DNA from: an uncultured virus (IMG/VR IMGVR_UViG_3300028805_000071)
Taxonomy: Duplodnaviria; Heunggongvirae; Uroviricota; Caudoviricetes
Length of the DNA: 64,000 bases
Virus record (IMG/VR): IMGVR_UViG_3300028805_000071
Reading direction: 5' to 3' (one strand)
Shown: positions 1 to 9,581 of the stretch, piece after piece
Layout of the letters: the number at the start of each line of letters is the position of its first letter
Position numbering within the stretch: the stretch's first letter is position 1
Translations under genes and position numbers: made by a program
The notes under the pieces: model-generated
Database searches by the model: none
What the model was told of the DNA's origin: nothing
Seen by the model: only the letters and a program-made list of their open reading frames with translations

Positions 1-45
1 CATTTGCAACGTATTGTTCATAATAAAAAAAGGAGAATTTAACGT

Positions 46-585
46 ATGTCAGAAGTTAGACTCAAAATTTCGCCTCCTTGGATTACTTACATTCATAAGG
101 TTGAGGCTCTTTTTGACGGTGACCCACAGATTGCGTGTAACGTAGTTTGGGAAGCACCTAATCCGTCCATTATTCTCGCATGTAATAATGGCGATAAAGT
201 AGCCGCTCTTCTTCAGATTCTGCCAGAAGAAGTCACATTTGGTGGTGTCACTCTTAAGATTGGTGTAGATGGTAAACCCAGCAATCGCGCTTTCACTACA
301 AAGAAAGAACTGTTTGAAACGGCTTTCTATAAGAATCCTGCATTTGCTTATGCCGCCGCACCTGCTGATGATGGTTATGCCTGGTTCTCAATGGTATACG
401 TTGTCTTTAAGAATTGTGTAGTTCAGTTCTTTAATGATAACCTTAATGATTGCCATGGAGTAATTAGTACACTCTATCAGGATATTGCCGAAGAAATTCT
501 TACCGGTCCTGCTGTACAAGGTGTATTCTTCAACACAGATGTTGAACGCGGTCAGCTTGGAATGCCACTTGGAGAATGGCCCTAA
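46..585 (+). CDS. hypothetical phage protein (179 aa)
   Basis: ORF preceded by an AGGAG Shine-Dalgarno, TAA stop; no family recognised. Confidence 0.75.
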   Translation: MSEVRLKISPPWITYIHKVEALFDGDPQIACNVVWEAPNPSIILACNNGDKVAALLQILPEEVTFGGVTLKIGVDGKPSNRAFTTKKELFETAFYKNPAFAYAAAPADDGYAWFSMVYVVFKNCVVQFFNDNLNDCHGVISTLYQDIAEEILTGPAVQGVFFNTDVERGQLGMPLGEWP

Positions 586-667
586 TAAATAAGTAATATA
601 GTTAGTTGTGGAATTCAAGCGGTCCACCTTCCTTGGGCCCCCGTGACAGCCGGCGTACGCGAAATAT

Positions 668-696
668 TTGATTTTTATAAAAAAATTTGATATAAT
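668..696 (+). promoter_or_regulatory. sigmaA-like promoter for tRNA-Glu
   Basis: TTGATT-17 nt-TATAAT with extended -10 TG, just upstream of the tRNA. Confidence 0.7.
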
Positions 697-718
697 AATT
701 ATAGAAAGTTAAAGATAA

Positions 719-794
719 GGTTCGTTTGTGTAGAGGCTCAGCACGTCGGTTTCTCAGGCCGGAGACATAGGTTCAAATCCTGTACGAATCACCA
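719..794 (+). tRNA. tRNA-Glu (anticodon CTC)
   Basis: Cloverleaf: acceptor GGTTCGT/ACGAATC, anticodon arm TCGGT-TTCTCAG-GCCGG, T arm ATAGG-TTCAAAT-CCTGT, encoded 3' CCA. Confidence 0.9.
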
Positions 795-807
795 GTACTT
801 ATTCACC

Positions 808-1242
808 ATGGGCCATTGCGCCCTCTTTTTTTTTGCTATGTATAACATTAAGATATTAAACACAATAGAAACAAGTCCAATTAAATTATTTTATTCACAA
901 GTTGATGTTCAATATAACGATATAGGTGAGTGGATTTCTATAACCTCTGGCGCTGGTCAAAAATTAACATTAAGCCACGTGCCCGTTATTATTTTTGATG
1001 ATTCAACTTCAAAATCTATAGACGTATCAGCTTTTAAGGAAATATGGTCAGAAGAAGTTAATGACGCATATGTAGGCGGTAATAAAATTTTAACTATTTT
1101 TACCACTACTGGCGCCCCATTACATTTTTTTACTGGCACTACTATTACTATTGTTGAACAACATCAAGATTTCACCCATTTCAAAGTTGATGATAAAGAT
1201 ATATGGATATATAATTTAGGATTTATGGTCTTAACTAAATAA
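808..1242 (+). CDS. hypothetical protein (true start may be ATG 838)
   Basis: 144-aa ORF; the first codons overlap a hairpin/T-run after the tRNA. Confidence 0.55.
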   Translation: MGHCALFFFAMYNIKILNTIETSPIKLFYSQVDVQYNDIGEWISITSGAGQKLTLSHVPVIIFDDSTSKSIDVSAFKEIWSEEVNDAYVGGNKILTIFTTTGAPLHFFTGTTITIVEQHQDFTHFKVDDKDIWIYNLGFMVLTK

Positions 1243-1317
1243 TTTCTCACATCGAGAAATTATTTTTTTTTCATTAAAAAAAATAGTAAAATTGAGCAGA
1301 AGGAGAAACAGAAAAAG

Positions 1318-1623
1318 ATGAAATTAAAAACAGCAATTAAAATTATACCTACTAAATATTATGATAGTATTACAGAAATTATTCTAAAAGAAAGAGCTGA
1401 TGGAGTTTATTATACAATTAAATTAGATTCTCCAATGCCAGATGGATGGACAGATGGGGTTTTATCTGTAGCATATATCCCCGCTCAAGAAACATATTTA
1501 GTAGAACTTGAATATAGCACTAAAGAGTTACGATATAAGTGCGATTATTCTGAATCAAGAAAACTGATAGAGAGAGATTTTTCAGAAAAAATTAGTGAAT
1601 TACAACTATTAGGAGAAATTTAA
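1318..1623 (+). CDS. hypothetical protein (101 aa)
   Basis: ORF with AAGGAG SD, TAA stop. Confidence 0.7.
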   Translation: MKLKTAIKIIPTKYYDSITEIILKERADGVYYTIKLDSPMPDGWTDGVLSVAYIPAQETYLVELEYSTKELRYKCDYSESRKLIERDFSEKISELQLLGEI

Positions 1624-1631
1624 AAAAATAG

Positions 1632-1660
1632 TTGACAATTTATTCATAAAGTGTTATAAT
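1632..1660 (+). promoter_or_regulatory. consensus sigmaA promoter upstream of ORF1694 and the sigma gene
   Basis: TTGACA-17 nt-TATAAT with TG extension. Confidence 0.8.
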
Positions 1661-1693
1661 TATAATAGAATAATAATGAAAAGGAAAAAATAA

Positions 1694-2008
1694 ATGCGTG
1701 AATTAGATATGTATGTGATTGCAAAATCAGTGCCCGAAGAGTGTTCACCTTATTTAGTAAATATAAGGAATGACCACGGTCGGGTAGTTTTGACGTATAA
1801 TGATTATACAAGTATTTTTGATTTTACGTTAGGATGAATTGATGGCCATGTTGGTTTTAATCTTATACCAACAGAGAGAACAAATATAATTTCGTTTCAG
1901 GCTATTGGACATGTGGTATTAATGGCTGAATCAGTAGAAAAATGTTGTAAACTTATTGAGGAAATAACATTAGCCTCTATGGAAACGGATGGCGATTTAA
2001 AGTCATAA
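1694..2008 (+). CDS. hypothetical protein (104 aa) with one in-frame TGA (1835-1837) read as Trp
   Basis: AAGGA SD and ATG at 1694; reading through the TGA gives an ORF ending TAA 2008 that fills the gap before the sigma gene. Confidence 0.7.
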
Positions 2009-2027
2009 AGGAAGGAATAAAGAAAGA

Positions 2028-2852
2028 ATGAATAGTATTGCTGAATATTTAGATGAAATTAAACAGTTCCCATTACTTGATGCAAATCAAGAGATGGAGT
2101 TAAGCAAACGTATTTTACAAGGGGACGAAAAAGCAAAAGAAGAATTAATTATATCGAATTTAAGATTAGTAGTATTTTTAAGTAAACCGTATCATGATAA
2201 AGGAATTGAATTAATTGATTTAATTCAGCAAGGAAATTTAGGATTAATAGAAGCAGCTGGTAAGTATGATTATACACAGGGAGCGAGGTTTGCGACTTAT
2301 GCGGGACATTATATAAAAAAGTATTTTACACAGATATTAACTGACCAATCCCGTTTAATTAGACTTCCAGCGAATGTAGTGGCAGATTTACAAACAATTA
2401 AAACGGCAAGTGCGCAATTATCTCAATCTTCAGAAGTAGACCCGACCTTAGAGGATTTGGCCAAAGCTACCGGATTAGATGCCGAATATATATCTCGAAT
2501 TATGGCGGCAAATATCTCCCCTACTTCATTAAATCAAACTATAGATGAAGATGGTGATACTTCATTGGAAGATATTATCCCAGATGCAAATGCATGGACT
2601 GGAGAAGAAGGCGAAAAAAGTTTAGCGGTTCATGAGGGGTTAATGAGAATTTTAAACACTTTACCCAAGAGAGAAAAGAATATTTTAATTAAACGATTTG
2701 GGCTAGATGACGGAGTACAAAAAAGTTTAGAAGAAGTTGGGCAATTAGTCGGATTAACGAAAGAAAGAGTTAGACAATTAGAAATTGTGGCATTAACTAA
2801 ATTAAGACAGCCATCACGAAAACAAATGTTAAGAGAAGAATGTATTTTATAA
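2028..2852 (+). CDS. phage RNA polymerase sigma-70 family factor (RpoD-like regions 1.2-4)
   Basis: YLDEIKQFPLL, NLRLVV, DLIQQGNLGLIEAAGKYD, RFATYA, SLEEVG...TKERVRQLE motifs. Confidence 0.92.
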   Translation: MNSIAEYLDEIKQFPLLDANQEMELSKRILQGDEKAKEELIISNLRLVVFLSKPYHDKGIELIDLIQQGNLGLIEAAGKYDYTQGARFATYAGHYIKKYFTQILTDQSRLIRLPANVVADLQTIKTASAQLSQSSEVDPTLEDLAKATGLDAEYISRIMAANISPTSLNQTIDEDGDTSLEDIIPDANAWTGEEGEKSLAVHEGLMRILNTLPKREKNILIKRFGLDDGVQKSLEEVGQLVGLTKERVRQLEIVALTKLRQPSRKQMLREECIL

Positions 2853-2865
2853 GAAGTCAAATTAC

Positions 2866-2894
2866 TTGACTTCTTTTTTATTATATGCTATAAT
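2866..2894 (+). promoter_or_regulatory. sigmaA-like promoter for the RNA ligase gene
   Basis: TTGACT-17 nt-TATAAT with TG extension. Confidence 0.7.
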
Positions 2895-2921
2895 ATTTAT
2901 ATATTATAAAGGAGAAATATT

Positions 2922-4151
2922 ATGTTAGATTCTAAACAAGTAAGACAATTAGCATATATTATTAAAATTGATAATGTAACTCCAATTCCTAACTATGATA
3001 GGGTTGAGCTGGCGCATATCGGTGGCTGGACAGTTGTAGTTGGTAAAGGTGAGTTTAAACCTAATGATTTAGCAATTTATTTTGAAATTGACTCTAAATT
3101 ACCAGAGGTAGAACCTTTTACCAATATGGAATTTTTAGTTAGCAAACATTATAAAATCAAAACACAAAAAATGTGCAAAAGTTTATCTCAAGGTTTATTA
3201 ATGTCTGCTGAAAATTTTGGTTGGACTGCTGACGCAGAAGCGATTTATGATACTGATGGCGTGGCGCACCGTTTAGACGATGAATCTCGTTTCTTAACTA
3301 AACAGTTAGGAGTTACATATGCGGTGGCTGAAGATAACAAACGTAAAGGCAGAGGTGTTGATAAATATTATTCTATGGCACAACGCCACAAAGAATTATT
3401 TAAACATCAACCATTCTATTGGTTAATGAAACGTAAATGGGGTAAAAAATTACTCTTCGTGTTCTTTGGGCGTAAAAAAGATAAAAGAGGTTGGCCAGCT
3501 TGGGTTAAAAAAACCGATGAAGAGCGTGTGGAAAATATGCTTTGGGTATTAGAAGATAAAACACCTTGGATGGCAACTGAAAAAATTGATGGCACTTCTA
3601 CCACTTTTACTTTAAAAAGAAATCATAATCCATTTGCCCCTAAATATGAATATTTAGTCTGCTCTCGTAATATCGCATTTGATAAACCATCTAAAAAAGG
3701 TTTCTATGATACTAACGTATATACAGAAATGAGCGACAAATATCATATTGAGCAAGTGCTTACTAATATTTTAGACACCGAACCTAAATATGAGTATATC
3801 ACTATTCAAGGTGAAACTTATGGTAAAGGTATTCAAGATAATGATTATGGTTTAAATAACCATCAATTAGCAATTTTCAATGTAATTTTTGGATATAAAG
3901 ATGGTACTCATCATCGTTTAAATCCAAATGCAATGCATACCTTCTTATCTATCTATGGATTACCAGGAGTACCATTACTAGATACAAATTATACATTACC
4001 CGATACTATTGAGGAGTTACGTGATTATGTTAATAGCGAAACTTCTCGCATCAATGGAAAAATGAAAGAAGGAATTGTGTTCAGGTCTTTTGACGGAGTA
4101 AGGTCTTTTAAATGCGTTTCTCCAGAGTATTTAATGAAACATCATAGCTAA
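2922..4151 (+). CDS. RNA ligase, DRB0094/Rnl2-like family
   Basis: N-terminal IPNYDRVELA..GW.VVV..GEF...D.AIYFEIDS; nucleotidyltransferase motifs TEKIDGTS, QGE, EGIV, FK. Confidence 0.85.
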   Translation: MLDSKQVRQLAYIIKIDNVTPIPNYDRVELAHIGGWTVVVGKGEFKPNDLAIYFEIDSKLPEVEPFTNMEFLVSKHYKIKTQKMCKSLSQGLLMSAENFGWTADAEAIYDTDGVAHRLDDESRFLTKQLGVTYAVAEDNKRKGRGVDKYYSMAQRHKELFKHQPFYWLMKRKWGKKLLFVFFGRKKDKRGWPAWVKKTDEERVENMLWVLEDKTPWMATEKIDGTSTTFTLKRNHNPFAPKYEYLVCSRNIAFDKPSKKGFYDTNVYTEMSDKYHIEQVLTNILDTEPKYEYITIQGETYGKGIQDNDYGLNNHQLAIFNVIFGYKDGTHHRLNPNAMHTFLSIYGLPGVPLLDTNYTLPDTIEELRDYVNSETSRINGKMKEGIVFRSFDGVRSFKCVSPEYLMKHHS

Positions 4152-4157
4152 AAAAAT

Positions 4158-4185
4158 AAACCCCTCGGTTATACCGAGGGGTTTT
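4158..4185. terminator. bidirectional intrinsic terminator
   Basis: AAACCCCTCGGT-TAT-ACCGAGGGGTTT hairpin between convergent genes. Confidence 0.8.
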
Positions 4186-4189
4186 AGTT

Positions 4190-5965
4190 TTATCTAATTG
4201 GGCCAAAGACGTTACCTGATGCATCTAATTGAGCTTCGTTTTGATAGAGTGATTTAATGTCGTCGGCTGATAAAGGTGTTGCATATACCCGATAGTCAGA
4301 TATGTAACCAGCTAAATTTGTGCCTACAGTTACTATATCTGGAATACCTCTTGGGGTAGATGTTTTATTTGGCCCATAATTATTTTTTAATACACCATTA
4401 ATATAGACATTTCTTGTTCCATCACTATTTTTAAATACAAAAGTAACATGTGTCCAAACTCCAGCGCTAACCGCTTGACTTCCATATATATAATAATCAT
4501 TTGTGCCATCATTTAAATATAATAAAGGTGTACTATTAGAAGCATGAACAATATTATTAGATATATTAAAATTGTTCATAGCTTGACTGCCTTGTGATGT
4601 ATTATCTAATTTAACCCACATTGCGCAAGTCCATTCTTGGTCTGTTCCTCCGAACACTGGACGTGGATGGGTTATTAACGTAGTTTTTGACATATAAGTG
4701 GACATTGAATATTTAGGAGTATCGGTTGAAATAGTTAAATTACCATTTATTGTACCATTATTGCAATATCCACTTGCATCATATATAATTGTTGATGTTC
4801 TTGTATTTGTAGTGAATGGAGTCGAGTGGTCTTTTTTCTCAACTTGTATACTACTAACATAAAACTGCTCTTGTGGAGCTATATATCCAACTACATAACA
4901 ATTTAAACTACTATTAGATGGAGTATCATAGTTCCATTTTAATGTGTATTCAATTCTTTGCCATTCATTTGTAAAAGTATAATCTTTACCAGTAGATTGA
5001 GTGTTTGTGCCATTGGTATTGTATAAATGAATATGTGCCCTTTTACCAATTGTTGCACCTTTTCCTTTAACATATGCTGTAACTGTGAAAGTATCATCTT
5101 TGTTCATAATTGTGCCGGGATATATGCTAGTTGCAATTTCTACCGCACCATTACCTGCTGTTGTTGCAGAACTCGTTACTAAAGCCACTTCATTTCCAGC
5201 TATTGGTGGTTCTACTTCTGTTGTAATTGAAATAGTACCCTTACTTCCAAAACCATAGCTACCATAATTTGAAAAACTTTTATTTTCTAAATAATTATAG
5301 GTTGATTCAATATTGCCATCACTTAATGGATAATGAAGCACCAATCCCTTTGAAAGCTCTTTGACTTCTATCGGAGAAAGACAATGGTCGTAGATGCGGA
5401 AATCATTTAAACTCCCCTCTTCATTGCCGCCGCTGGCATATTCTCCTAAATTAAATTTACCTGTAATTGAACCTCCAGCATGAGCGATAGTAAATTTAAG
5501 TTCATTATTAATATAGCAATTGATTCCTTCAGTTTCAGATACAATAACTGCAACATGATACCAAATATCTCGTGCACTAGAAATAACTAAATTAGACCCA
5601 TAAGAACCACCGCTATTAGGAAAAATAGCATAACTGGTATTATTATGCATACTTAAAATATAATTACTATATCCATAACTTGTTTCTAACCTAAACAGAC
5701 CTCCACCACTATCAAAAAATGCGACTACATCATTTCAATTAACTGTAGAGGTAGAAGTCTCTGGTTTATATCAAAAACAAAATGAAAAATTCTTTTTTCC
5801 TGATAAGGTAGGACAATTAAAAGTTAAATAATTATGTAAATTTAAACTTTTATTTCCTATTTTACCACTATCTTTAAAAACCGCCGTCCCTGACAATTGT
5901 TCAATTGTAGCTAAACCTTGATTTCTTAAATCTTTTGTAAGAGGAAGCCAAACTTGTAAACTCAT
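4190..5965 (-). CDS. LamG/concanavalin A-like domain virion protein (591 aa; two in-frame TGA=Trp)
   Basis: ORFs 5771-6031 and 4190-5650 are in one frame joined through TGA (FSFCF*YK, VN*ND); AAGGAGG SD before ATG 5965; LamG motifs WYHVAV, LNDFRIYDHCLS, ISDYRVYATPLS. Confidence 0.85.
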
Positions 5966-6108
5966 ATATTCCCCTCCTTTTCTTTTATTTTTGTGTTTCA
6001 TTATAATATCAAAATTCCATTGAGCAAACACTTATAATTTGCCCCGTTGATTTTTTAATAAATTCAGAAGAATAAAATCTTCTAATTTAATTTAAGAGGT
6101 TAACAGCA

Positions 6109-6366
6109 ATGATAGATATAAATACAAAAAAAGAAGAACTAAATAAGGAATTATTAGAAATCGATAAGCAAATAGTCGATTTATTAAATCAAAGGGCCGA
6201 TATATGTTATGACATTAATCAATTAAAACAAGAGGCCGATGAGTCATTATATGACCCAGTAGAAGAGTTAGACCTTCAAGAAACATTAGAATCAATATCC
6301 GATTATAACGGTATGATAAATGCTATATATCCAAGCATTCAAAAATATGGAAGGTCTCTGATTTAA
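6109..6366 (+). CDS. chorismate mutase type II (AroQ)-like protein, possibly inactive
   Basis: EIDKQIVDLLNQR...K...YDP pattern; the usual DPxRE reads DPVEE. Confidence 0.55.
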   Translation: MIDINTKKEELNKELLEIDKQIVDLLNQRADICYDINQLKQEADESLYDPVEELDLQETLESISDYNGMINAIYPSIQKYGRSLI

Positions 6367-6378
6367 AGGAGGAATTAA

Positions 6379-7497
6379 ATGAATATTTCAAAATATAAAA
6401 TAGATAAACCAGTTTTTGGCATCGATGTTAGTACTTGGCAGGCTGGTTTAAATTGGGATACAGCGATAAAAGAAGGAGTTAAGTTTGCAATATTAAGAGC
6501 AGGATTTACCGGCGACAAAGATGGTGTTAGTAAAAAAGTAGATAATCAATTTGAAATATTCTATAAAGAAGCTACTAAAAGAAAACTGCCTGTTGGCGCT
6601 TATTGGTTCAGTAGAGCAACAAGCTATGAGGCTGGACAAGCAGAAGCAAAATATATGTATGAGAATTGTTTAAAAGGCAAGCAGTTTGAATATCCAATAG
6701 CTATTGATATAGAAGACCCGGTATACCAAGCTAAGGCTAGTAAGAAGAAGGTAACTGACGCTGCAAAAGGATTCTGTGATTACTTAATTTCTAAAAATTA
6801 TTATCCAGTGATTTATGCAAATTTAAATTGGTTTAGAAATAAAATGACTTTATCTGAACTTACTAAATATGGCAAGTGGGTAGCTGCCTGGATGGAGAAT
6901 AAACCATCTTCACCAGTTAACTACTTATGGCAATTTGGCGGTGAAACGAACGTAATTAGGTCAAACAAAATTGCGGGTAAAACGGTAGACCAAGATTATT
7001 GCTACGTTGATATGCCCAAGTTTATAAAAGACAACAAATATAATGGATTTGATAAAGAAGAAACGAAGCCAGAACCTAAAGAAGAAACTCCCAAATTAAA
7101 GTTTAAAGTTGGAGATAAGGTTATTATTAAAGGCGAATTATATGTAAGTTCAAATGCCAGCAAGTCTGCTGGAAAAGTAGTTAAAGAATTAACTACTAAA
7201 ATCACCCGTGCAATACCTGGCGCAAAGCACCCTTACAATACTACTGGTAGCCTTGGCTGGATGGACGAAGAAGATATTAGATATGCGAAACCAAAGCCAT
7301 CGGTAACAGATGATGCGCAAACCCTTAAACCGGGCGATAAAGTTAAGGTATTAAACGCAGTTACTTATGAAGGCAAAAAGTTTATTGCTTGGTATGCTCA
7401 ATATACCGTATTTGAAGTAAATAAAAATAGAGTGGTAATTGGTGTTGGTAAAACAGTTACCGCCGCAGTTCATAAGAAGAATCTGCGCAAGATATAG
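6379..7497 (+). CDS. endolysin: GH25 muramidase with C-terminal cell-wall-binding (SH3-like) domains
   Basis: GIDVSTWQ, FAILRAG, GAYWF, IAIDIED, LWQF, VDQD motifs. Confidence 0.9.
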   Translation: MNISKYKIDKPVFGIDVSTWQAGLNWDTAIKEGVKFAILRAGFTGDKDGVSKKVDNQFEIFYKEATKRKLPVGAYWFSRATSYEAGQAEAKYMYENCLKGKQFEYPIAIDIEDPVYQAKASKKKVTDAAKGFCDYLISKNYYPVIYANLNWFRNKMTLSELTKYGKWVAAWMENKPSSPVNYLWQFGGETNVIRSNKIAGKTVDQDYCYVDMPKFIKDNKYNGFDKEETKPEPKEETPKLKFKVGDKVIIKGELYVSSNASKSAGKVVKELTTKITRAIPGAKHPYNTTGSLGWMDEEDIRYAKPKPSVTDDAQTLKPGDKVKVLNAVTYEGKKFIAWYAQYTVFEVNKNRVVIGVGKTVTAAVHKKNLRKI

Positions 7498-7830
7498 TTT
7501 ATTAGCAAATAATTTATGTATTTGTAGAATGAAACAGCCATTTTTAGGCTTTAGTGTAAAAAAGTCGACAAACAATAATTAAATGATTCTAAATATCATA
7601 AATTATTTGCTTTTATAAAAATTTTTATATATATTATATTAGAAAGTGAATTATAGGTACTTTCTTTCCCCAATTAATTCCTATATTCCTGATGTGAATG
7701 TTTTCAATATTTTCAACACTATAAAAGAAAATATTGCTTTTAAAGATTCTATTCTTTCTTACTTTATAAGTTTATATATAGACCTTATTGGTCAATCCCC
7801 CTCTTTATCGAGGGGGATTTTTTTTATGGC

Positions 7831-7859
7831 TTGATTTTTTAAATAAAAAAGTATATAAT
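7831..7859 (+). promoter_or_regulatory. sigmaA-like promoter directly after a terminator hairpin (about 7795-7825)
   Basis: TTGATT-17 nt-TATAAT; preceded by the AATCCCCTC/GAGGGGGATT hairpin and a T-run. Confidence 0.65.
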
Positions 7860-7894
7860 AAATATATAATAGAAAAAATATAGGAAGTAAAAGT

Positions 7895-8083
7895 ATGAAA
7901 CATAACAAATGCCCGTTTAGGAAAGAAAAAAAGGTTTATGATTATAAGTACGCCGGCAATGGCAGTGCTATAGCAGATTATTATGAAGTATTTATGGATT
8001 GCATAGGAGCATCTTGCATGGCTTATGACGATGAACAACCAACTGGTAAATGTAAATTAATGATGGAGAAAACTAATGAGTAA
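7895..8083 (+). CDS. small Cys-rich hypothetical protein
   Basis: KCPF...DCIGASCMAY...CK pattern; overlaps the start of the next gene. Confidence 0.65.
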   Translation: MKHNKCPFRKEKKVYDYKYAGNGSAIADYYEVFMDCIGASCMAYDDEQPTGKCKLMMEKTNE

Positions 8084-8549
8084 TTTATATTTAATTTGCG
8101 GACAGCCAGCGTCCGGCAAATCAACAATTGCTAAATACTATGTCGATAAGCATCCCAAAACTAAATGGGTATCAAGAGATGCGATTAGATTTTCTTTATT
8201 AAAAGATGATGAGAGTTATTTTGATAAAGAAGATGAAACTTATCGCAAATTTGTAGGAGATATATGTGATAATTTATTAAATGGTTATCACGTTATTGCA
8301 GACCAGACTAATTTAACACCTAGCACAAGAAATAAATTATTAAAAGCCATTGCTCGAAAAGGTGGCACCTATGAGCATGTATATGCCATTTGGGTTAAAA
8401 CGCCATTAGAAACTTCATTAAAACGTAATGAAGGTAGAACAGGTAGAGAACACGTGCCGCCATATGCGATTACTGGTATGTTTAATAGAATGATACCGCC
8501 TTCAATAGAAGAAGGATTCGATGAAGTATTTGTAATTAATGAGGAATAG
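8076..8549 (+). CDS. polynucleotide kinase-like P-loop kinase (AAA_33)
   Basis: GQPASGKST, VSRDAIR, VIADQTNL, RNEGR motifs typical of PNK kinase domains. Confidence 0.85.
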   Translation: MSNLYLICGQPASGKSTIAKYYVDKHPKTKWVSRDAIRFSLLKDDESYFDKEDETYRKFVGDICDNLLNGYHVIADQTNLTPSTRNKLLKAIARKGGTYEHVYAIWVKTPLETSLKRNEGRTGREHVPPYAITGMFNRMIPPSIEEGFDEVFVINEE

Positions 8550-8550
8550 T

Positions 8551-9120
8551 ATGATTTTTGTAACAAGCGATTTACATTTTAATCACGATAGAGAATTTAT
8601 ATACAAGCCCCGTGGATTTGAATCAGTCCAAGAAATGAATGAGGGTATCATTGAGCGTTGGAATGCTGTCGTGCATGATGATGATATAGTATATCTTTTA
8701 GGAGATGTATGTCTTGGCGGTGGTACTCCAGAGATGTTGAATACAAATCGCAAACTCATTGAAAGATTAAATGGTAAAATTCATATTATCGCTGGTAACC
8801 ATGACACAGATAATCGAATTGTGATGTATAATACCTGCACAAACGTAATTGATGTTAAATGGGCAGATGTATTACATTATAAAAAATATCATTTTTATTT
8901 AAGTCATTATCCATCATTAACCGCTAATCTCCAAAAGGAGAGTTTGAAACAGTGTACATGCAATCTTTATGGGCATACACATCAAAACGAAAATTTCTTC
9001 AATGACATACCTTTTATGTATCATGTGGGGGTTGATTCTCAAAATTGCTATCCAGTATTATTAGATGTTATTATTGAAGAAATGGAGCAGAAAGTTATAG
9101 AGTGCCAAGAGCAGCTTTAA
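8551..9120 (+). CDS. calcineurin-like metallophosphoesterase
   Basis: TSDLHFNH, LLGD, GNHD, SHYP, GHTH, VGVD motifs. Confidence 0.88.
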   Translation: MIFVTSDLHFNHDREFIYKPRGFESVQEMNEGIIERWNAVVHDDDIVYLLGDVCLGGGTPEMLNTNRKLIERLNGKIHIIAGNHDTDNRIVMYNTCTNVIDVKWADVLHYKKYHFYLSHYPSLTANLQKESLKQCTCNLYGHTHQNENFFNDIPFMYHVGVDSQNCYPVLLDVIIEEMEQKVIECQEQL

Positions 9121-9131
9121 AGGAGTTTTAA

Positions 9132-9581
9132 ATGAGTAAAATAAATTATAAGTGGGATGAAATTAATGGAGTCGCAGTGTGTAGTATTTTATATAAAGAT
9201 ACAGAATATGTAGGAACTGCGCAGTGCCATCCGGACGACGCTGATTTTAAAAGTCAGTTAATTGGAAGTGAGTTAGCATATTTAAGAGCTTGCTTAAAAG
9301 TATTACAGGGGTTAAAAAGAGAAAAGTGGACTGAATTAAAAGCACTTAGAAGTTTAGAAGGGTCACTAGTTCCTAGTCCTCGTTTTAATCCAGACTCTTT
9401 TGAAGCAAAAATGCTGACGAAAAGGATTGAAATTACTACTGAGGATATTGATGTTATTAAAGAATGTATCGATGATTTAAGAGATAAGATTCATCGTAAC
9501 ATTGAAGAAGGCGAAAACTTTTATCAAAGCATTAGAAAAAATAGAAAGCAACGAGAAGAGGCTCTAAAAGAGGTAGAATAA
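9132..9581 (+). CDS. hypothetical protein (149 aa)
   Basis: AAGGAG SD; G.A.CHPDD.F...G.ELA..RA pattern seen in phage proteins, followed by coiled coil. Confidence 0.75.
   Translation: MSKINYKWDEINGVAVCSILYKDTEYVGTAQCHPDDADFKSQLIGSELAYLRACLKVLQGLKREKWTELKALRSLEGSLVPSPRFNPDSFEAKMLTKRIEITTEDIDVIKECIDDLRDKIHRNIEEGENFYQSIRKNRKQREEALKEVE

Noticed and set aside
719..794. A second UCA suppressor (the loop contains TCA)
   Set aside because: The 7-nt loop TTCTCAG centres on CTC, and the body resembles tRNA-Glu.
5771..6031. ORF-track start at 6031, and likewise 60914 and 8539
   Set aside because: SD sites or motif and paralogue alignment favour starts at 5965, 60860 and 8551.
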